DNA from: Spizellomyces punctatus DAOM BR117
Lineage: Eukaryota
DNA length: 64,000 nucleotides
Reading direction: 5' to 3' (one strand)
Assembly (NCBI GenBank): GCA_000182565.2
Contig: KQ257450.1
The notes under the pieces were generated by a model. The model made no database searches and was not told the origin of the DNA. It was given only the letters and a program-made list of their open reading frames with translations. Positions 1-13,921 of the stretch are shown here, piece by piece. Both the position numbers and the translations under genes were made by a program. The first letter of the stretch is position 1, and each line of letters begins with the position of its first letter.

Positions 1-3000
1 CTCAAAACGCCATCAGAGACTGTGCAAGTCGCGGTGTCGGAATGTTTACCTGCTCTCGTCAAAGTCAACAAGCAGGGCGCCCAAAAGCTGGTCGAGCAGT
101 TATTACATCAACTATATACGTCGCAAAAGTACGGTGAACGACGAGGTGCAGCTTATGGTCTGGCGGGAGTTGTCAAAGGATGTGGAATATCATCTTTGAA
201 AGATTACCAAATAATGTCAAGCTTGAAGGAGGCTGTGGAAGACAAGAAACGGGTCGAGAAGAGAGAGGGGGCACTTTTCGCCTTTGAGACGCTTTCGCAA
301 ACCCTCGGGCGATTGTTCGAGCCGTACGTCATTCAGATCTTGCCGTTGTTGCTTGTTTGTTTCGGTGATAATAGCCGCGAGGTTCGGGAAGCGACTGAGG
401 ACGCATGTCGTGTCATCATGTCAAAACTCTCAGCACATTGTGTCAAACTGGTTTTGCCCAGTCTTTTGAATGGACTGGAGGATAAGAATTGGCGGACAAA
501 GACTGGAAGTATTGATGTGCTTGCCAGCATGGCCTTCTTGGCACCGAAGCAGCTCAGCGTAAGTCTGCCAACTGTGGTCCCCAGGCTTTGCGATGTCCTG
601 GCGGATTCACATGCCAAGGTTCAAGAATCTGCAAAACAAGCTTTGAACCAATTCGGAAATGTGATCAAAAATCCTGAGATTCAAGCCCTCGTCCCTGTGC
701 TGCTGGCGGCTCTTGTTGATCCAAACGGCAAGACCAGCGCAGCCTTATCAGCACTGCTAGATACGGCGTTTGTGCACTATATTGATGCACCTTCTCTAGC
801 GCTGTTGGTGCCTATTTTGCATCGTGGTCTGAAAGAACGCGGCACCGATATCAAGAAGAAGGCGGCGCAGATCATGGGTAACATGGCGAGTTTGACTGAT
901 CCCAAAGATCTGGTTCCCTATTTGCCGACACTGATGCCAGGATTGAAGGAGGTATTGGTCGATCCTGTGCCAGAGGCGCGCGCAACGGCGGCAAAGGCAT
1001 TCGGAAACATGGTCGCAAAGCTCGGGGAGGACAATTTCCCTGGGTTGGTGGGCGAACTTCTTGACACCTTGAAGAGCGATACTAGTGGGGTAGACCGTAG
1101 CGGTGCTGCACAAGGGCTTAGTGAAGTCATTTCTGGGCTTGGTCTGGAGAGGCTGGAAGGTCTTCTACCAGAGGTTGTTGCCAATGCGGACAGTCCAAAG
1201 GCGTACGTTAGGGAAGGATTCATGACACTGCTAGTCTACTTACCTGCCACACATGGCGAAAAGTTCCAGCCATATCTGGGTACTATTATTCCATCGGTGT
1301 TGCGGGGGTTGGCTGATGAAAGCGAACCTGTGCGAGATGCCTCTATGAAAACCGGTCAGATGATTGTTCGGAACTATGCTACAAGGGCCGTGGATCTTCT
1401 TCTTCCTGAGCTTGAGCGAGGCTTGTTTGACGAAAATTGGCGCATAAGGCAAAGTTCCGTTCAGCTTATGGGTGACCTCTTGTACCGTATTGCGGGTGTA
1501 TCTGGCAAGGTTGAGCTGGAGACGCCAGAAGATGAAGGTCTTGGTACGGAACATGGACGACAAGCTCTTGTCCACGCTTTGGGCAAGGAACGATTCGACA
1601 AGGTCCTTGCCAGTTTGTATGTTGCACGTGCGGATGCAAGTGCCATCGTCCGACAAGCATCTTTGCACGTCTGGAAGAGCATCGTGTCTAACACGCCCCG
1701 TACGCTCAAGGAGATCCTACCAATCATGATGGACATTCTTGTAGCGAGTCTCGCGAGTGAGAATGTAGACAAACGTGGATCTGCTGCACGGTGCCTGGGA
1801 GACCTTGTTCGCAAGTTGGGTGAGAGCATTCTGAGCGAGTTGCTCCCGATTTTGGAGAAAGGTTTGGATTCAGACCGTGAAGAAATTCGGCAAGGTGTCT
1901 GTGTTGCTATGACGGAGATCATGGCGTCTGCTGGAAAGACCCAGGTCGTGGAATTCGTTGGCGATTGTGTGGGACTGGTCAGGAAGGCGTTGGTGGACGA
2001 AGAGCCGGAGGTTCGGGAAGCTGCAGCCCAGGTAAGCACTGTCGCTTTTGGTATGTATCGCAAGCTTACTGACCTTCCATTTTGTAGGCGTTTGACATGC
2101 TCCACCAGCACATGGGCAAACAAGCCATTGATGAGGTTCTCCCGAGTCTTCTCAACATGCTCAAAGCCGGCCCAGAAACTGATCGCTCCAGCACTTATGC
2201 TTTGGAAGCCCTTAAGGAAATCATGGCTGTGCGAAGTAATGTTGTGTTCCCCGTTTTGATCCCTACTTTGATTGCTCGACCTATCAGTAGCTTCAATGCG
2301 CATGCGCTGGCAAGTCTGATCACTGTTGCGGGACCGGCATTAAACAAGCGACTGGGTACCATTCTTCCTGCTTTGATGGATGCCGTCGAAGGAAGCGAGG
2401 ATGCTGTCGAGGATGTTAGGGAAACAATGAATGTGCTATTAGTAAACGTAGATGAAGAGGGCGTCCATCAGCTGATGATGCTGCTCACGAATGCTATCAA
2501 CGAGGGCAGCCCCGAGAGAAAGCGAGTTGGCTGTGAATGTCTGAAACTCTTCTGCGACGGAAATCGTGAGGTTCTGGATGCCGAGTACATTGGTGATTGG
2601 ATTGAGCTTTTGGTTGCCATGTTGAGAGGTGGAAAGAAGGGCGAAGAGGATCTTGTAAAGAGTGCTTGGGCGGCGTTGGACTCCATTATCAAGAGACTCA
2701 AAAAGGAGGAAATGGACAGATTTGTGCAGGTTGTTAGAAGGGCAGTGAGGGATGCGGAGGATGGGCTGGATGAAGGAGAGGTTTTGGAAGGCTTCTCATT
2801 GCCCAAGGTAATCTATTTGTTGTCTTCAAGCATCTTTAATTTCCCATTCATAATATTTCTATTCTGCAGGGAATATCACCTGTACTGCCCATCTTTTTGC
2901 AAGGACTCATGTATGGAAGTCCCGACAATCGCGAGCAATCGGCACTTGGATTGGGTGACCTTGTCCGGCGCACTTCTGCCGATGCGCTGAAGCCCTTCGT

Positions 3001-4444
3001 GACTCAGATAACCGGACCCCTCATTCGTGTTATTGGAGATCGGTTCCCTCCTGGCGTGAAATCTGCAATTTTGATGACATTAGGGTAAGTCGGAAAATAT
3101 TAGTAAGGACAATACATGGAATCTGTGCTCATTGCATTTCTTCTTAGGCAACTGCTTGACAAAGTTTCCGCAATGCTCAAACCCTTCCTACCGCAGCTTC
3201 AAAGAACCTTTGTCAAATGTCTATCTGAACCGAGTAGCGGCATGGTTCGGGACCGCGCGGCTCGATGCCTAACATCATTGATCGCGCTTCAGACCAGATT
3301 GGACCCACTGGTAGCAGAGCTTGCGCAAGGTGTCCGCGGTGCCGAGGACCGTGGTGTCCGAGAAGCCATGTGGGAGGCGTTGTACGGCGTTGTCAAAGGG
3401 GTTGGAGGGCCTGGACGGGACCTGAATGCCGCTAGCAACAAAACGATTGAAGGACTTATTACCGAGGGGATAAGTATGAGCGGGGAGCATGACGGTAAGA
3501 ATTTCGTGCTTTTTTGGATGATATTGGCCTTGAAAGATCACCCGTTGCTGACATTTTCATTAGATGGAATCCGTGAGGGTGCTGCTAAGGTCTTTGGTGC
3601 CTACTGTAGATATGTTCCAAAGGAAGAGTCGAGAGCACTCGTAACGTAAGGATACAGTCCACATCTGCCATCGTCTTAGTGCATAAGATTTACCAACGTT
3701 TCGAATTTTCAGCTCTCAAATATTAGGAACTGGATCGGATGCGCCATGGTACCGGTTGGCAGGAGCATTACAATCGTTGTCGTGGGTGATGACAGATGCT
3801 CCGGAACTGATACACCAGCTCGAACTAACGGACGAAGTTGTCCAGCTTGTTCTAATCGGGCTTGCGAATGACAAGGTGAGGTTTGAGATATGCTAATGGG
3901 TGGTGATCACGAGTTTTAAAGTAGTTACGATTTTTGATAAAGCCACAAGTGATGGAGGAGGCAGTCAAAGCAGCCGGAAGAATGCTCTCAATTCAGGAAT
4001 ATGTGGCGGAAGGTAGTGCAGACAAGTTGCTTCCAGCGTTGGTAGGCGTTCTCCCAGCCGGGCAGGCATCAAATGATGCACGACGCGAAGTGGAGGTCGT
4101 GATCAAGAATGTCGCGAAACAATCACATCAGGTTTGTCAGCGTGCAATTTAAAGAAAGGTTTGCCGGCCCGTTTCGCTTACACATTTCGCAGGTTGTTGC
4201 CCCTTACTTGTCAACAATTGTACCGGCTCTAATGCTGTGTGTTCGTGACCGGAATATACCCGTCAAGCTTGCAGCCGAGCGGGCACTGCTGCACGTATTC
4301 GAAATTGGGAAGGGAACGGATGTACTGCAGCGATATCTTGGTACACTGGATGCCCCAAGCGCTAGAAATATTGGGGACTATGCTAGACGGGTTCTGAGTA
4401 AATTGGTGGAAAAGGATAGCGATGACGAAGGGGATGTGTATTAG
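1..4444 (+). CDS. GCN1: eIF2-alpha kinase activator GCN1 (HEAT repeats), 5'-truncated by the window edge; about 7 introns visible
   Basis: GCN1 motifs ([68 protein letters not shown]) spread over ORFs 22-2259, 2097-2990, 2897-3088, 3116-3649, 3934-4152 and 4109-4444, joined by GT-AG introns; stop TAG at 4442-4444. Confidence 0.96.
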
Positions 4445-4662
4445 TGTTGTCATGCATTGTAACTATGTAGATTCTGGTTTCATTTATCATTTATGTAGCA
4501 ATACAGTTGCGTAGGGTATGGCCGCTCGCTCTGCTCTATCTTGCGCATGAAGCTGTGCAAAGTATTGATCGTTGTAATTAAGCGTCCCTGCGCCACAATA
4601 GAATGAACTTGAGTTCGACGCGATGTGCTTTCCTTCCATCTTGACATTAGCAAAGCTGCAGC

Positions 4663-6062
4663 ATGACTGAACAGGTTGCAGAGGTCAGCTCACAGCAAGG
4701 GGCGGGTGAGCAGCGACCCAGCAAGCGGATGAGAACGCAGCCAAAGGAAAACGTCTCAGGGGCATCAGCCGAACCGGACGAAGAGATCGCGACGGAAACA
4801 CGCCGAGGCTGTGAAATACAGGTGGAGAAGGTCGAAGGGAGTTTGGACTCTGGTAGTAAATCAACGCTTACGTTCATCATGCGGCATGTCCAGAGCTGAA
4901 TTATCTCGTCCTTGTCTGGCCTGAAGAGGGGCGACCTCACGGAATATGCAGCGTTGCGTACGCGTCTGGAACAACATACAAAGGCGAATTCAGCAATGGA
5001 ACACGAAATGGACATGGCACGTTTACGTACGAAGATGGTTCCACCCTCTCTGGACCATACGTGAATGACAAACTTCACGGCTTGGCAACCTATACATATC
5101 CTGATGGAACACGGGTTGTTGGAGAGTACGTTGACGGAGTTTCGAATGGGAAGTACTTTGAGTACGATGATCAGAATCGTATCACGTTTCGAGGCACATG
5201 GAATGAAGGAGTTCGTTGTGGAAAGGGAATTGAATTTTTTGATGATGGTGGTCGCTTAGAGGGGACCTTGGATTTGTTCGGTCGCATGAATGGGGATTCC
5301 GTCAGGTATTTTTATCCCGACGGAAGCGGATTAGTGGGGATATGGAAAGAAGGGAGAATGGACAAGTCGTGGTATTTCAAAGACGAAGATGATGCTACTT
5401 GCGTGGAGGCAATGACTGATGAGGAACGAGTCAGCCAAGGCGTATCAGGGCCGTACCGCTATGATCCACCTACTCATGATTGCATTTCCTCCGATCCACT
5501 GCTACCGGATCCTTACGAATCTCGAGCCGTGGCTGTGAGACCGTCACACATAGTAGATGCTGGAGAAGGATTATTTGCAAAGCGTGACCTGATGTATGGG
5601 GAGGTTGCAGCATTTTACAGCGGATTGCGACTGACCCTTGCGGAAGTGGAGGCCAGGGGTTGGGATCATAATGCCAATGCCATCTCAATGGGTCCTGATA
5701 ATGAATCTGATAATGAGCAGGACGAAATGGGTTTCGAACCGGGAGAAGATCTTGAACCTGATCAGTCTTGGGGTGGAGTCATCGATGTACCTTACCGATA
5801 TTCACAAACATCGCAGTATGCTGCAACATTAGGGCATAAAGCCAACCACTCATTTACACAACCCAACTGTAAATACGAGTGGTATATTCATCCACGGTTT
5901 GGAAACATACGGTGTATTCAAACAATTACATACGTGCGGGCAGGCGAGGAAATACTAGTAAACTATGATTATAATGAGATATTGGAAAATGGGGAATTGC
6001 AAGCACCAGAGTGGTATAAGGACGGATTAAAAGCGTTGAAGAAAGAGGAAACTTCAATATAA
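4663..6062 (+). CDS. SETD7: SET7/9-type lysine methyltransferase (MORN repeats + SET domain), one intron 4853-4926
   Basis: Splicing gives VEGSLDS-EGRPHGICSVAYASG followed by MORN repeats. The SET domain has DPYES, AGEGLF, LGHKANHSF, HPRFG, NYDY and APEWY, collinear with human SETD7 as remembered. Confidence 0.93.
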
Positions 6063-6230
6063 ATGCTCTTGTTTCTAAACAACGACATTCCGCTGGCCGT
6101 CAGACAGCAGTACAGGAGAAAGGTCGGGGGACTCTGCCTGTGTGCTTACTCATCTGGTACAAGCCACAGACACAGCCATCCATGACATAAACCCGCGATC
6201 GAAGGTGAACTCCATCCCTCCTCCTCTACG

Positions 6231-7054
6231 ATGGCAAGCATTCTGCGCTGGTATCATGCTACGCTTACGCGGCGGCCGATTGCGACGCAGGCAGTTACGG
6301 CAGGTATGCGTTCGTTTCGTCGCATTTCCGTCATCCCGCTTTGGACCAAATGTCGTTCTGTCTTCGCGAAGGATGTCTCTTTACTGCAGGGGACTTTATA
6401 GCGCAACACGGTGTCGAAGGAAAGTCACTGGCCAATCATGATTGGAAGCGTACGGGGCGGCTGGCGACTTACGGAACTTTGGCTCTGGTGGGTGGAAAGC
6501 AACAGGCTACGTTACCAAGTTGGGCAACGCAGAAGTTCAGAAGTCTCGTCTGAAACCCACGCATAGGGCCCTGCGATAGCGGTCTGGTACCGCTATCTGA
6601 GTACTGCAGTCACAATCAAGAATCCACTTGCAGGTGAGAAGGATTTCTGCGCGCTTCAACCGTCATCCCTCATATATCCAACACTTTCGGTGCAATGATC
6701 AAAAACAGCGACCGTCGCCCGCATGTCCATTGACCAATGTGTTTTTGCACCTACCAATCTATTCTGCTTTTTCACAGCCATTGGATTCATGGAAGGCAGA
6801 TCATGGAAGCAGATCAAAGATAAACTTCGACAGGTGCGCTCGCTCATACGTTCCTATTAAAGCAGCGTATCTTTGACCCAAACCAATAGACATACATGCC
6901 AACTCTGAAAGCAAATTTCACTGTCTGGCCACCTGTTCAGCTAGTGAACTTTTATTTTACACCAGTTAACTACCAATCTCTCGTTGTAAATACTGTTGCC
7001 TTGGGATGGAACTCGTATTTGAGTTGGACCAATGCAAAGCAAAAGTCTACTTAA
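6231..7054 (+). CDS. SYM1: Mpv17/PMP22 family membrane protein, multi-exon
   Basis: Spliced peptide [66 protein letters not shown]; stop TAA at 7052-7054; AATAAA at 7121. Confidence 0.88.
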
Positions 7055-7195
7055 AAGAGTATTGTCTTCTGGCAAGGGCGACATACGATAATAGAAACAT
7101 CCCGTTTATGCCGATATCTCAATAAATGAACACCGCAAGTGTATTTTAAATGTCATCATGCAAACGTTTACGCTCAGTTCTATATTCTATCCACA

Positions 7196-10100
7196 TTACA
7201 AAAGGTCTTTTATGTACACAGGTTTCCGGACGGCGTTAGAAAACCCTTCGTTGTAAGAGAACCGGACTTTTGCCTTCATTTGCGCCTCTTTGGATGCTGG
7301 ATTTTAAGAGATATAAGCAGATTGATTTATATACATTTAATACTATCACCATAGATGGTACCTGATCCAACATTCCCTTTTTGCCCTTGGATGGTGTTCT
7401 CACCGTCATTCGTGGCCTCGTCGATGATAATCAATCGACCGAAAAAGTCTCGAGCCGGCTTTCAGAACGACGTTGGTGTTACGAATCAGAATCATTCACT
7501 GCTGTTGACAATTGTTAAAAGGATATGCTCACCTTTCGATCTTCGAGTGGCTGTATTGCATATTCTTGGAAAGTCTTTGGTTTCGGCGGTTTACTAAATA
7601 AATCAAAGTACATACAATGTCGTTCGTTTTCATAAGCGCGGAACTCCCGAAAGGAAAATGAACACAATATCCTACCTCTTTGGTGGTTTTTCCTTTGTGG
7701 CTCCTTCAGTGTCGCCTTGCGCACCGCGCTTGGCCGTGACCCGCTCCAAAGCAGCAGCTTCCGCACGTCGCAATATTTCACGATCGACCTTATCGAGAGA
7801 GGAAGTCAACATACGCAATTACCATCTCCTTCGGCGACAGGTGAGACACACCTCCAGTGCAACCATCTGCTTGACAGCATACGGAGCCCCTAGAACCCGC
7901 TTAGCGGAGAGCACAGCCGCCAAGACCGAGCGTCCTAATCCAGCTGTCAGTGATTTGAGGAGGACATCAATGGGACTTTGCACATCAAATGAATCGCCGT
8001 CGCTTTAGTTAGCTATCAAAAACATAATCGGCGTGCATGCGTGAAACTTACGGATCCAGAAGAAATCCATAATACCCATCCTCGCCCTTCTGCTGTCGAA
8101 ATCTGATTCCCAAACCGACCATCACATCAACAAGTCTGATAAGGTCTTGCCGTTCGGAAGGTTTTAAGAGTTGAATATTCACCTGCAAGTGTTGCAAGCC
8201 CATATCAGTTGAGATTCAACATCTATGCGTCATACGACCATGAATTGCACAAAAACGCACAGGCCTCATTTCTGGTGATAATATTCTCAGCAGGTACGAA
8301 ACAAGTTCTACCATGATCACTGCAACACGGTTCCATGTTCTTCGGGCAATGGGCGGCATGCCAGTCTGAAGGTTGATCAATATGTTCTGGTTGGACTGTT
8401 TCGCTAGCGCTGTCTAGGTATGCAAATCAACCCATCAGCGAGACGTACCACGCAAATTGAAGAAACAACCTGGACGCACCGCAACCTCTGCCCGAGGGTA
8501 TTCTAGTCTCAATCTCTTGGCACTTGCAAAGAATCGATGGAAATTGATAATGGCGTATGGTAGGTAACCACCCACTTCCATGATATGTTTGGCGTGCGCG
8601 GTATACTGTATTCGGTCGTAAAATGCTAGCCAATCGAGAGCTTGTTCGATTTTGGTCTGGGGTAAACCTCCGGTAACGGTTACTGTGCTGGAGACAGTAT
8701 CGAAGATCTTTGTGCGGAGGTAGTTTTCAAAACAACCTTTGAAAAGAAATCTAAAGTCTTGCTCCAAAGGTGTCAGGCAGTTGTTACGAAACATACCTTG
8801 CATGATCTTTTCGTACTCTCCATTGGAGGTGATGATGGAGTGGAGCCGAGGAATGTACCGGCCCGTCTCTTCAGCAGCTTCGACCATGCACACAAAGTCA
8901 ATACTAAGGCTAAACCGTCCAGCAAAGCCAAACTTTTACCGCGAATGGCGGTCTTACCTCCTTTCATATTCCCCCTCACACTGCCACCTTTCTTTATTCC
9001 AACCCGAAACATCTCCTCCCACACAACCCACAACCCTTTCCCCATGTCCTTATTCCCAATATCCAACTTTGCCAAAGCGTCCACCGTTAAAATCTTACAT
9101 CGTCTTTTCAGAAACTGTAGCGTATGAAGACAGGATCGAATGTCCCCGTCAGTTAGTTCGCACAGAGCGGTTAGCGTGCGCAGATCCGTTTGAAGATTTT
9201 CCCATCGGCAAATTTCATGGAGCCGTTTGGCGAGGGTTTTGACTGGTGGTGTGCGAAAGTTGACGATATGAGCAAGATGACGGAGGGGTCGTAGGACAGG
9301 AGCATAGCTGCAGAATAGACAAGTCATTATTTGGGGACGAGGTAATTGTTTTAAAGCACAGAAATCTTACGGATCGTTGCAAATGCAGATAATAGGGCGA
9401 ATTAAAGCGCGGCGTTTGGTTGGTTTTTTGGAATTCGTACCCGAAGCCGCTAAAGCAAAGTAGTTCATCAGAAACGTTTCACTGAAAATAAACATAATGT
9501 CTCTACCTTGCGTAGCGTCATCCTTTTTAGTACTTGGAGTCTCCCCAAGGATAAACTCTGTCAATAGCTTGATGAAATTCTATACATGGCGCTCATCAGC
9601 TTTGCAAAATTCCTTAGACTCGAATGCGAAGACCTTACTTGGTCACCCTGCCCTGAAGCACTCGCACCATCAATCTCATCAATCAGCACTAGACAGGGCT
9701 TACGGGATCCTAGTACAGACTGGGTCTCTAGGGCGCCGACCAGACGCTGTTTGATGGAATCACCGGTGCGGTCATCACTAGCAGAGGAGATTCGAGCTCA
9801 GCCCTTGTTTCTGGTAAAACGGGCATCATCACCTACCTAGCATTGATCTCTACAACTCTGTAACCTGCATGCCGTGCGATTACGTGCGCTAGCGTGGTTT
9901 TGCCAAGTCCAGGCGGACCAGTCAACAAAAGAACCTGGTCAAGAGGGTCAGATGAGCGTTTCCAGAGCTTGGGACGGCTGGATTTGCCATTACCTTCTTA
10001 TCTGGTCGGTGGAAATGATCCTTGCTGTGGATTTGCTCCACTTTCTCCGTACCTTTGGCACTGGCGCGTTTACTATGCTTCTTGAATACACAATAGTCCC

Positions 10101-12122
10101 ATTCTTTCACCCAAGTGAGAACCTCTCGGTTGATCCTCTACAACCAAAAGGAATCGATAAGACACTGAGTTCGACGTCGAGAGTGTCTCAGCATACCTCA
10201 TCCCCAACAAGATCGACATACATCCTCGGTGCATACTTGTCCACCCATAACTTGGCCTTCCCTTTCTTCCCCTCCCCCGTTACCGTAATGCCTGCCTTAT
10301 CTCCTTCAACCTCTTCAACTTCATGATCAAAATCTGGGGGTGATTCTCCCATTTTCATATATTCTTCCCTCAAATACGCCTTTGCGGACTCCTCTTGTGC
10401 GGCTCTTGTCCGCTGGGCGTCGAGCTCTTCCATCATTTTGTAAATGGAGGATTCCAGTAATTGCGGTTTGTTGCCACGGGTATCGATAGCGGCGGTGGTT
10501 AAGGGTTGCTTTCGTTTGAGAGGAAAATAGAGACGTTTGCCGGTAGATGTCGTGGCGACACGGAAGCGGTTAGTATCGGCAGGGAGGACGGCGTAGTTTC
10601 GAGGGATGAGAGTGAGTGATGAACGAGTGGACTTTTTGGATGCATTTGGGCGCTGGTGTTCGATGTTGGGTAATGTGCTTCCTTCCGGTCTTTCAACAAT
10701 TGGTGGCAAGGCTTTACTCTGGTTGTTTGGTTGCAGATGACTCCGCGAAGGAGGATTGGAAGATAGTTCCGTATCTGAATCCGAATCAGGGTACTGGAGC
10801 GGTCCATCACCATCATCATTCTCCGCAAACATGGGTCGCCGGTGGGTGCAAGTATCCCCGACACGATTTGATTCATCATTCCGGTCTTCCCGCAGCCTCG
10901 ACCAGAACGCATCAGAGGAATCGTTCTCCCTAGCTTCTAGCGGACGCTTGCCCGCCCGCTTTTCTTCCAAGGCGCTTCGCGCCTTATCCCTATCACCGGG
11001 AACATCTCCACCGAATGCACGGTCTATCACAGAACGTTTGCTGGGTAGCTGTTCATCCTGCCCTTCCAGCGGCCTCTTTCTGCTTTCCAAACTCTGCCCA
11101 AGCATGGAGCGTTTTCCAAATATATCACCGATCAATGCTCGGCGCACATTTTCTTCATGTGCGGATATAGAGTTTGTGGTTTGCAGCGCATCGGAATCAT
11201 TTCCTAGCTGGTTATTGCCAAAGGTTGAGGTCAAGGTAGGACTCTTGCTCGCAGCCAGGCCATCAATCTCCCCATCTGATGAGTCCTCGTCTCCCCATCC
11301 AAATCCCAAATCTCCAGATGTATTTCGCTCTCTCGGCATAAGCTTCTTTTGTCCGCCCGTCAATGCATCTTCACGCATTACGATCCCATTTTCATCATCA
11401 TCGCCAAAACCCAAATCCATCATTCCACTTTCGACGACTGTAGATCTCTTTGCCGGTGAAGATTCTGGCATCCCCACCATGCCACCAAAGCTCGATTCAT
11501 CCAAGCTTTCGCCAAAACTGAATCCTGTTACTTGTGTATCGGTCGCGTAAAGGGCAGGACCGGGTCGGAGAGATTGCAAAGGAGATGATGCGTTTTTTAG
11601 CTTTCGCTGTAGAGTGTGGTAGTTGCTGGATGTGGGTAGGGGTCGACCGACGCTAGGGGATGAAAACGGGGGCGGAGAGGACGAAAATGGATTTGGACGA
11701 CTGGAATCGGCTGCCGATACGAGATTTAGACAATAGAAATCCATCGAAAAGTTCAGCCCAGTAGCAGGAAGCGTGCTCTACCTTGTTGGTCTTGTATTCG
11801 GTTTCTAGCGTCAGCGTTAAACATACTGTGCTGGCGGTTTGTGGGTCGGTGTGGTCGGCTTTGAAAAATGTCTGCAAGAAAAGGAGCGTTCATGAGCTCC
11901 AAATGAAGCAGGAAAAACATCTGACAATGCATCACATAACACCATGTCATGTTCTTGGCTAGCATGTAACCAAAACATGTACATAAGTTACAGGCAAACC
12001 CTATCTGCCATACCTTGAGCATCCTGCAAACCCGCCGTCGCGGACTCCATTTCCGCGAATGCCTGCAATTCATCACCATGCTCCGCTTCCCAAAGGTCAA
12101 TATCATCCACATCTAGGTCCAT
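7196..12122 (-). CDS. CTF18: Chromosome transmission fidelity protein 18 (alternative RFC clamp-loader large subunit, AAA+), many introns
   Basis: [14 protein letters not shown], Walker [30 protein letters not shown] and the C-terminal signature [16 protein letters not shown] at 12122, TAA at 7196-7198. Confidence 0.93.
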
Positions 12123-12294
12123 GGTGGATACGTGCTGACCGCAGAATACTAGTATAGGAAGTAATAGCAAGACGACGACGTCGACCAGCGGGGATCTGGG
12201 AGTGGAGGTCGATGAGTCATACAACATGTCCGAGTCAAGCGGACTACTACTTTAATTTTGTACATGTAATTTGGTGGTTTGAAGTTGTACATGA

Positions 12295-12366
12295 AGCACC
12301 ATAGCGCAGAGGAAGCGCGCAGGGCTCATAACCCTGAGGCCCCTGGATCGAAACCAGGTGGTGCTA
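12295..12366 (+). tRNA. Initiator tRNA-Met (CAT), intronless
   Basis: Cloverleaf with AGCACCA/TGGTGCT acceptor stem (A1:U72), GCGC D-stem, CAGGG-CTCATAA-CCCTG anticodon arm with three consecutive G:C pairs, and T-loop ATCGAAA (A54/A60). These are eukaryotic initiator hallmarks. A T-run terminator follows near 12388. Confidence 0.97.
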
Positions 12367-12638
12367 TTATTAATTCGACATTGCTTGTTTTTTGTCAAGT
12401 GTCATGGCATAATTTTTGCGTAAATGTAAGAAACCCCGCGCAGGACAAGCACGAATGGTAGCTGCCCATCCTCGACAAACTAATGACTTACTACAAGGCA
12501 ATAAATCTCTCATAATATATTTTAATAAAAGAATGAATTATCCAAATCATCATATCAAAGATTATGCAACACCATACATACATTTGAATGCTATGCAAAC
12601 AACGAATATCCTCAAAAAAGAAAAAAAGACAGAGTATA

Positions 12639-13921
12639 CTAATGCAAACACTTTTCACTCTCACCCAACAACCACAACCCATAATTTCTAAAATCCGAAA
12701 ACTTGTCGGTCCACCACCAATTTCCATGTATTGCCCCTCTTCGTCCGCCATCCATTTGAACACGGCGTTCATACTCTGTTTCGCGGTGTGGCACGTAGAG
12801 GGCGCCGTTGATGTAAGTTGTTTGGGAAAGGAGCTGGACGGAGAGGGAGGGGAGGGAAGGATCGTGATTGGGATCTGGAGGTAGGCCGAGACCGGCGGGG
12901 ATGGGTGGGACGAGGACAGAGTTGAAGGAGTAGTTGAGGATCCAGTCGAGGGCATACTATGGATAAGAGTGAGAAAAGAGTGCATACAGATTATGTGTAA
13001 AGAAGAATGTATTTACCTGGTCATTACTTGCGCCAGCCTTCATTTGTTCAGCCATAATTTCATATATGCGAACGGTTTGTTGATTGGCTCTAACGCCAAA
13101 CAGTCCAGCGCAAATCCTCGGTACGCGCGGCTGCCCCTCGTAAGGATCTTCCAAGAGATCATAGAAATCTCTCGCATCCGTTGTGATAACAACGTCCGCT
13201 CCCCGGGATTTCCGCACAATATCCCAAGGATCAGAATAAAACACAATATCCGCATCCACAAATAGTACACCCAGCTTTGTATCCCGCAGCATGGTCAGGA
13301 AAAAGTTGGGACGTTGCGACATCATACGCCAGTAATTGTCTGATCCGCCGGCTTCAAAGCTGCTGACGCTAAATAAGTTGGGATCATGGTATATTCCAAA
13401 CCGAAGTGAATGACGTTGACGGTAGGATGCAAGATCTCTAACCGCTTCCATGTCCAACGCCCAAATGACGGGAACAGCGTCACTCCCGACACGCCGCAGA
13501 GAGCACAGAAGATTATATGCCATGCTCAACATGCCCTTGTTAGCGGGAATGATCATGACAAACTCTTCCAGCGTTCCATTTCCAGCATCATTTGTCCATA
13601 TGTACGGCTGCAGCTGCTGTCGTAATGTCGTAATGTACCCATGTTCTGCCGCCATCCGTATGTCTATCGTTCCTTGAACGCGAATGTCCGGACGCAAGCA
13701 ATATGTCAACAGAGAAGTACTGACAAGGAGAACGGCGACGATAACGAGTCGGAGGTAACGGGGCAGCCAGCGCAGTCGGGACTGCTCATGTTTTGTATAG
13801 GCTGCTTCCACCGACGGCCGACGGTTCGCAAGCGGACGGTAGGTTGCCTGTCAAGATAATGGGCAAAGAAGACATGAACAAACAGAGGAAACCACTACGT
13901 TTGCTAGATTCTGCTTACCAT
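12639..13921 (-). CDS. Nucleotide-diphospho-sugar transferase (GT77/PF03407-like) type II membrane glycosyltransferase
   Basis: N-terminal TM helix, NLLCSLRR, DxD motif FVDADI, CAGLF, NDQ..L and C-terminal HGNW..K. The first coding exon appears to be the ATG alone (13919-13921), followed by intron 13848-13918; a second intron lies near 12957-13016. Confidence 0.8.
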
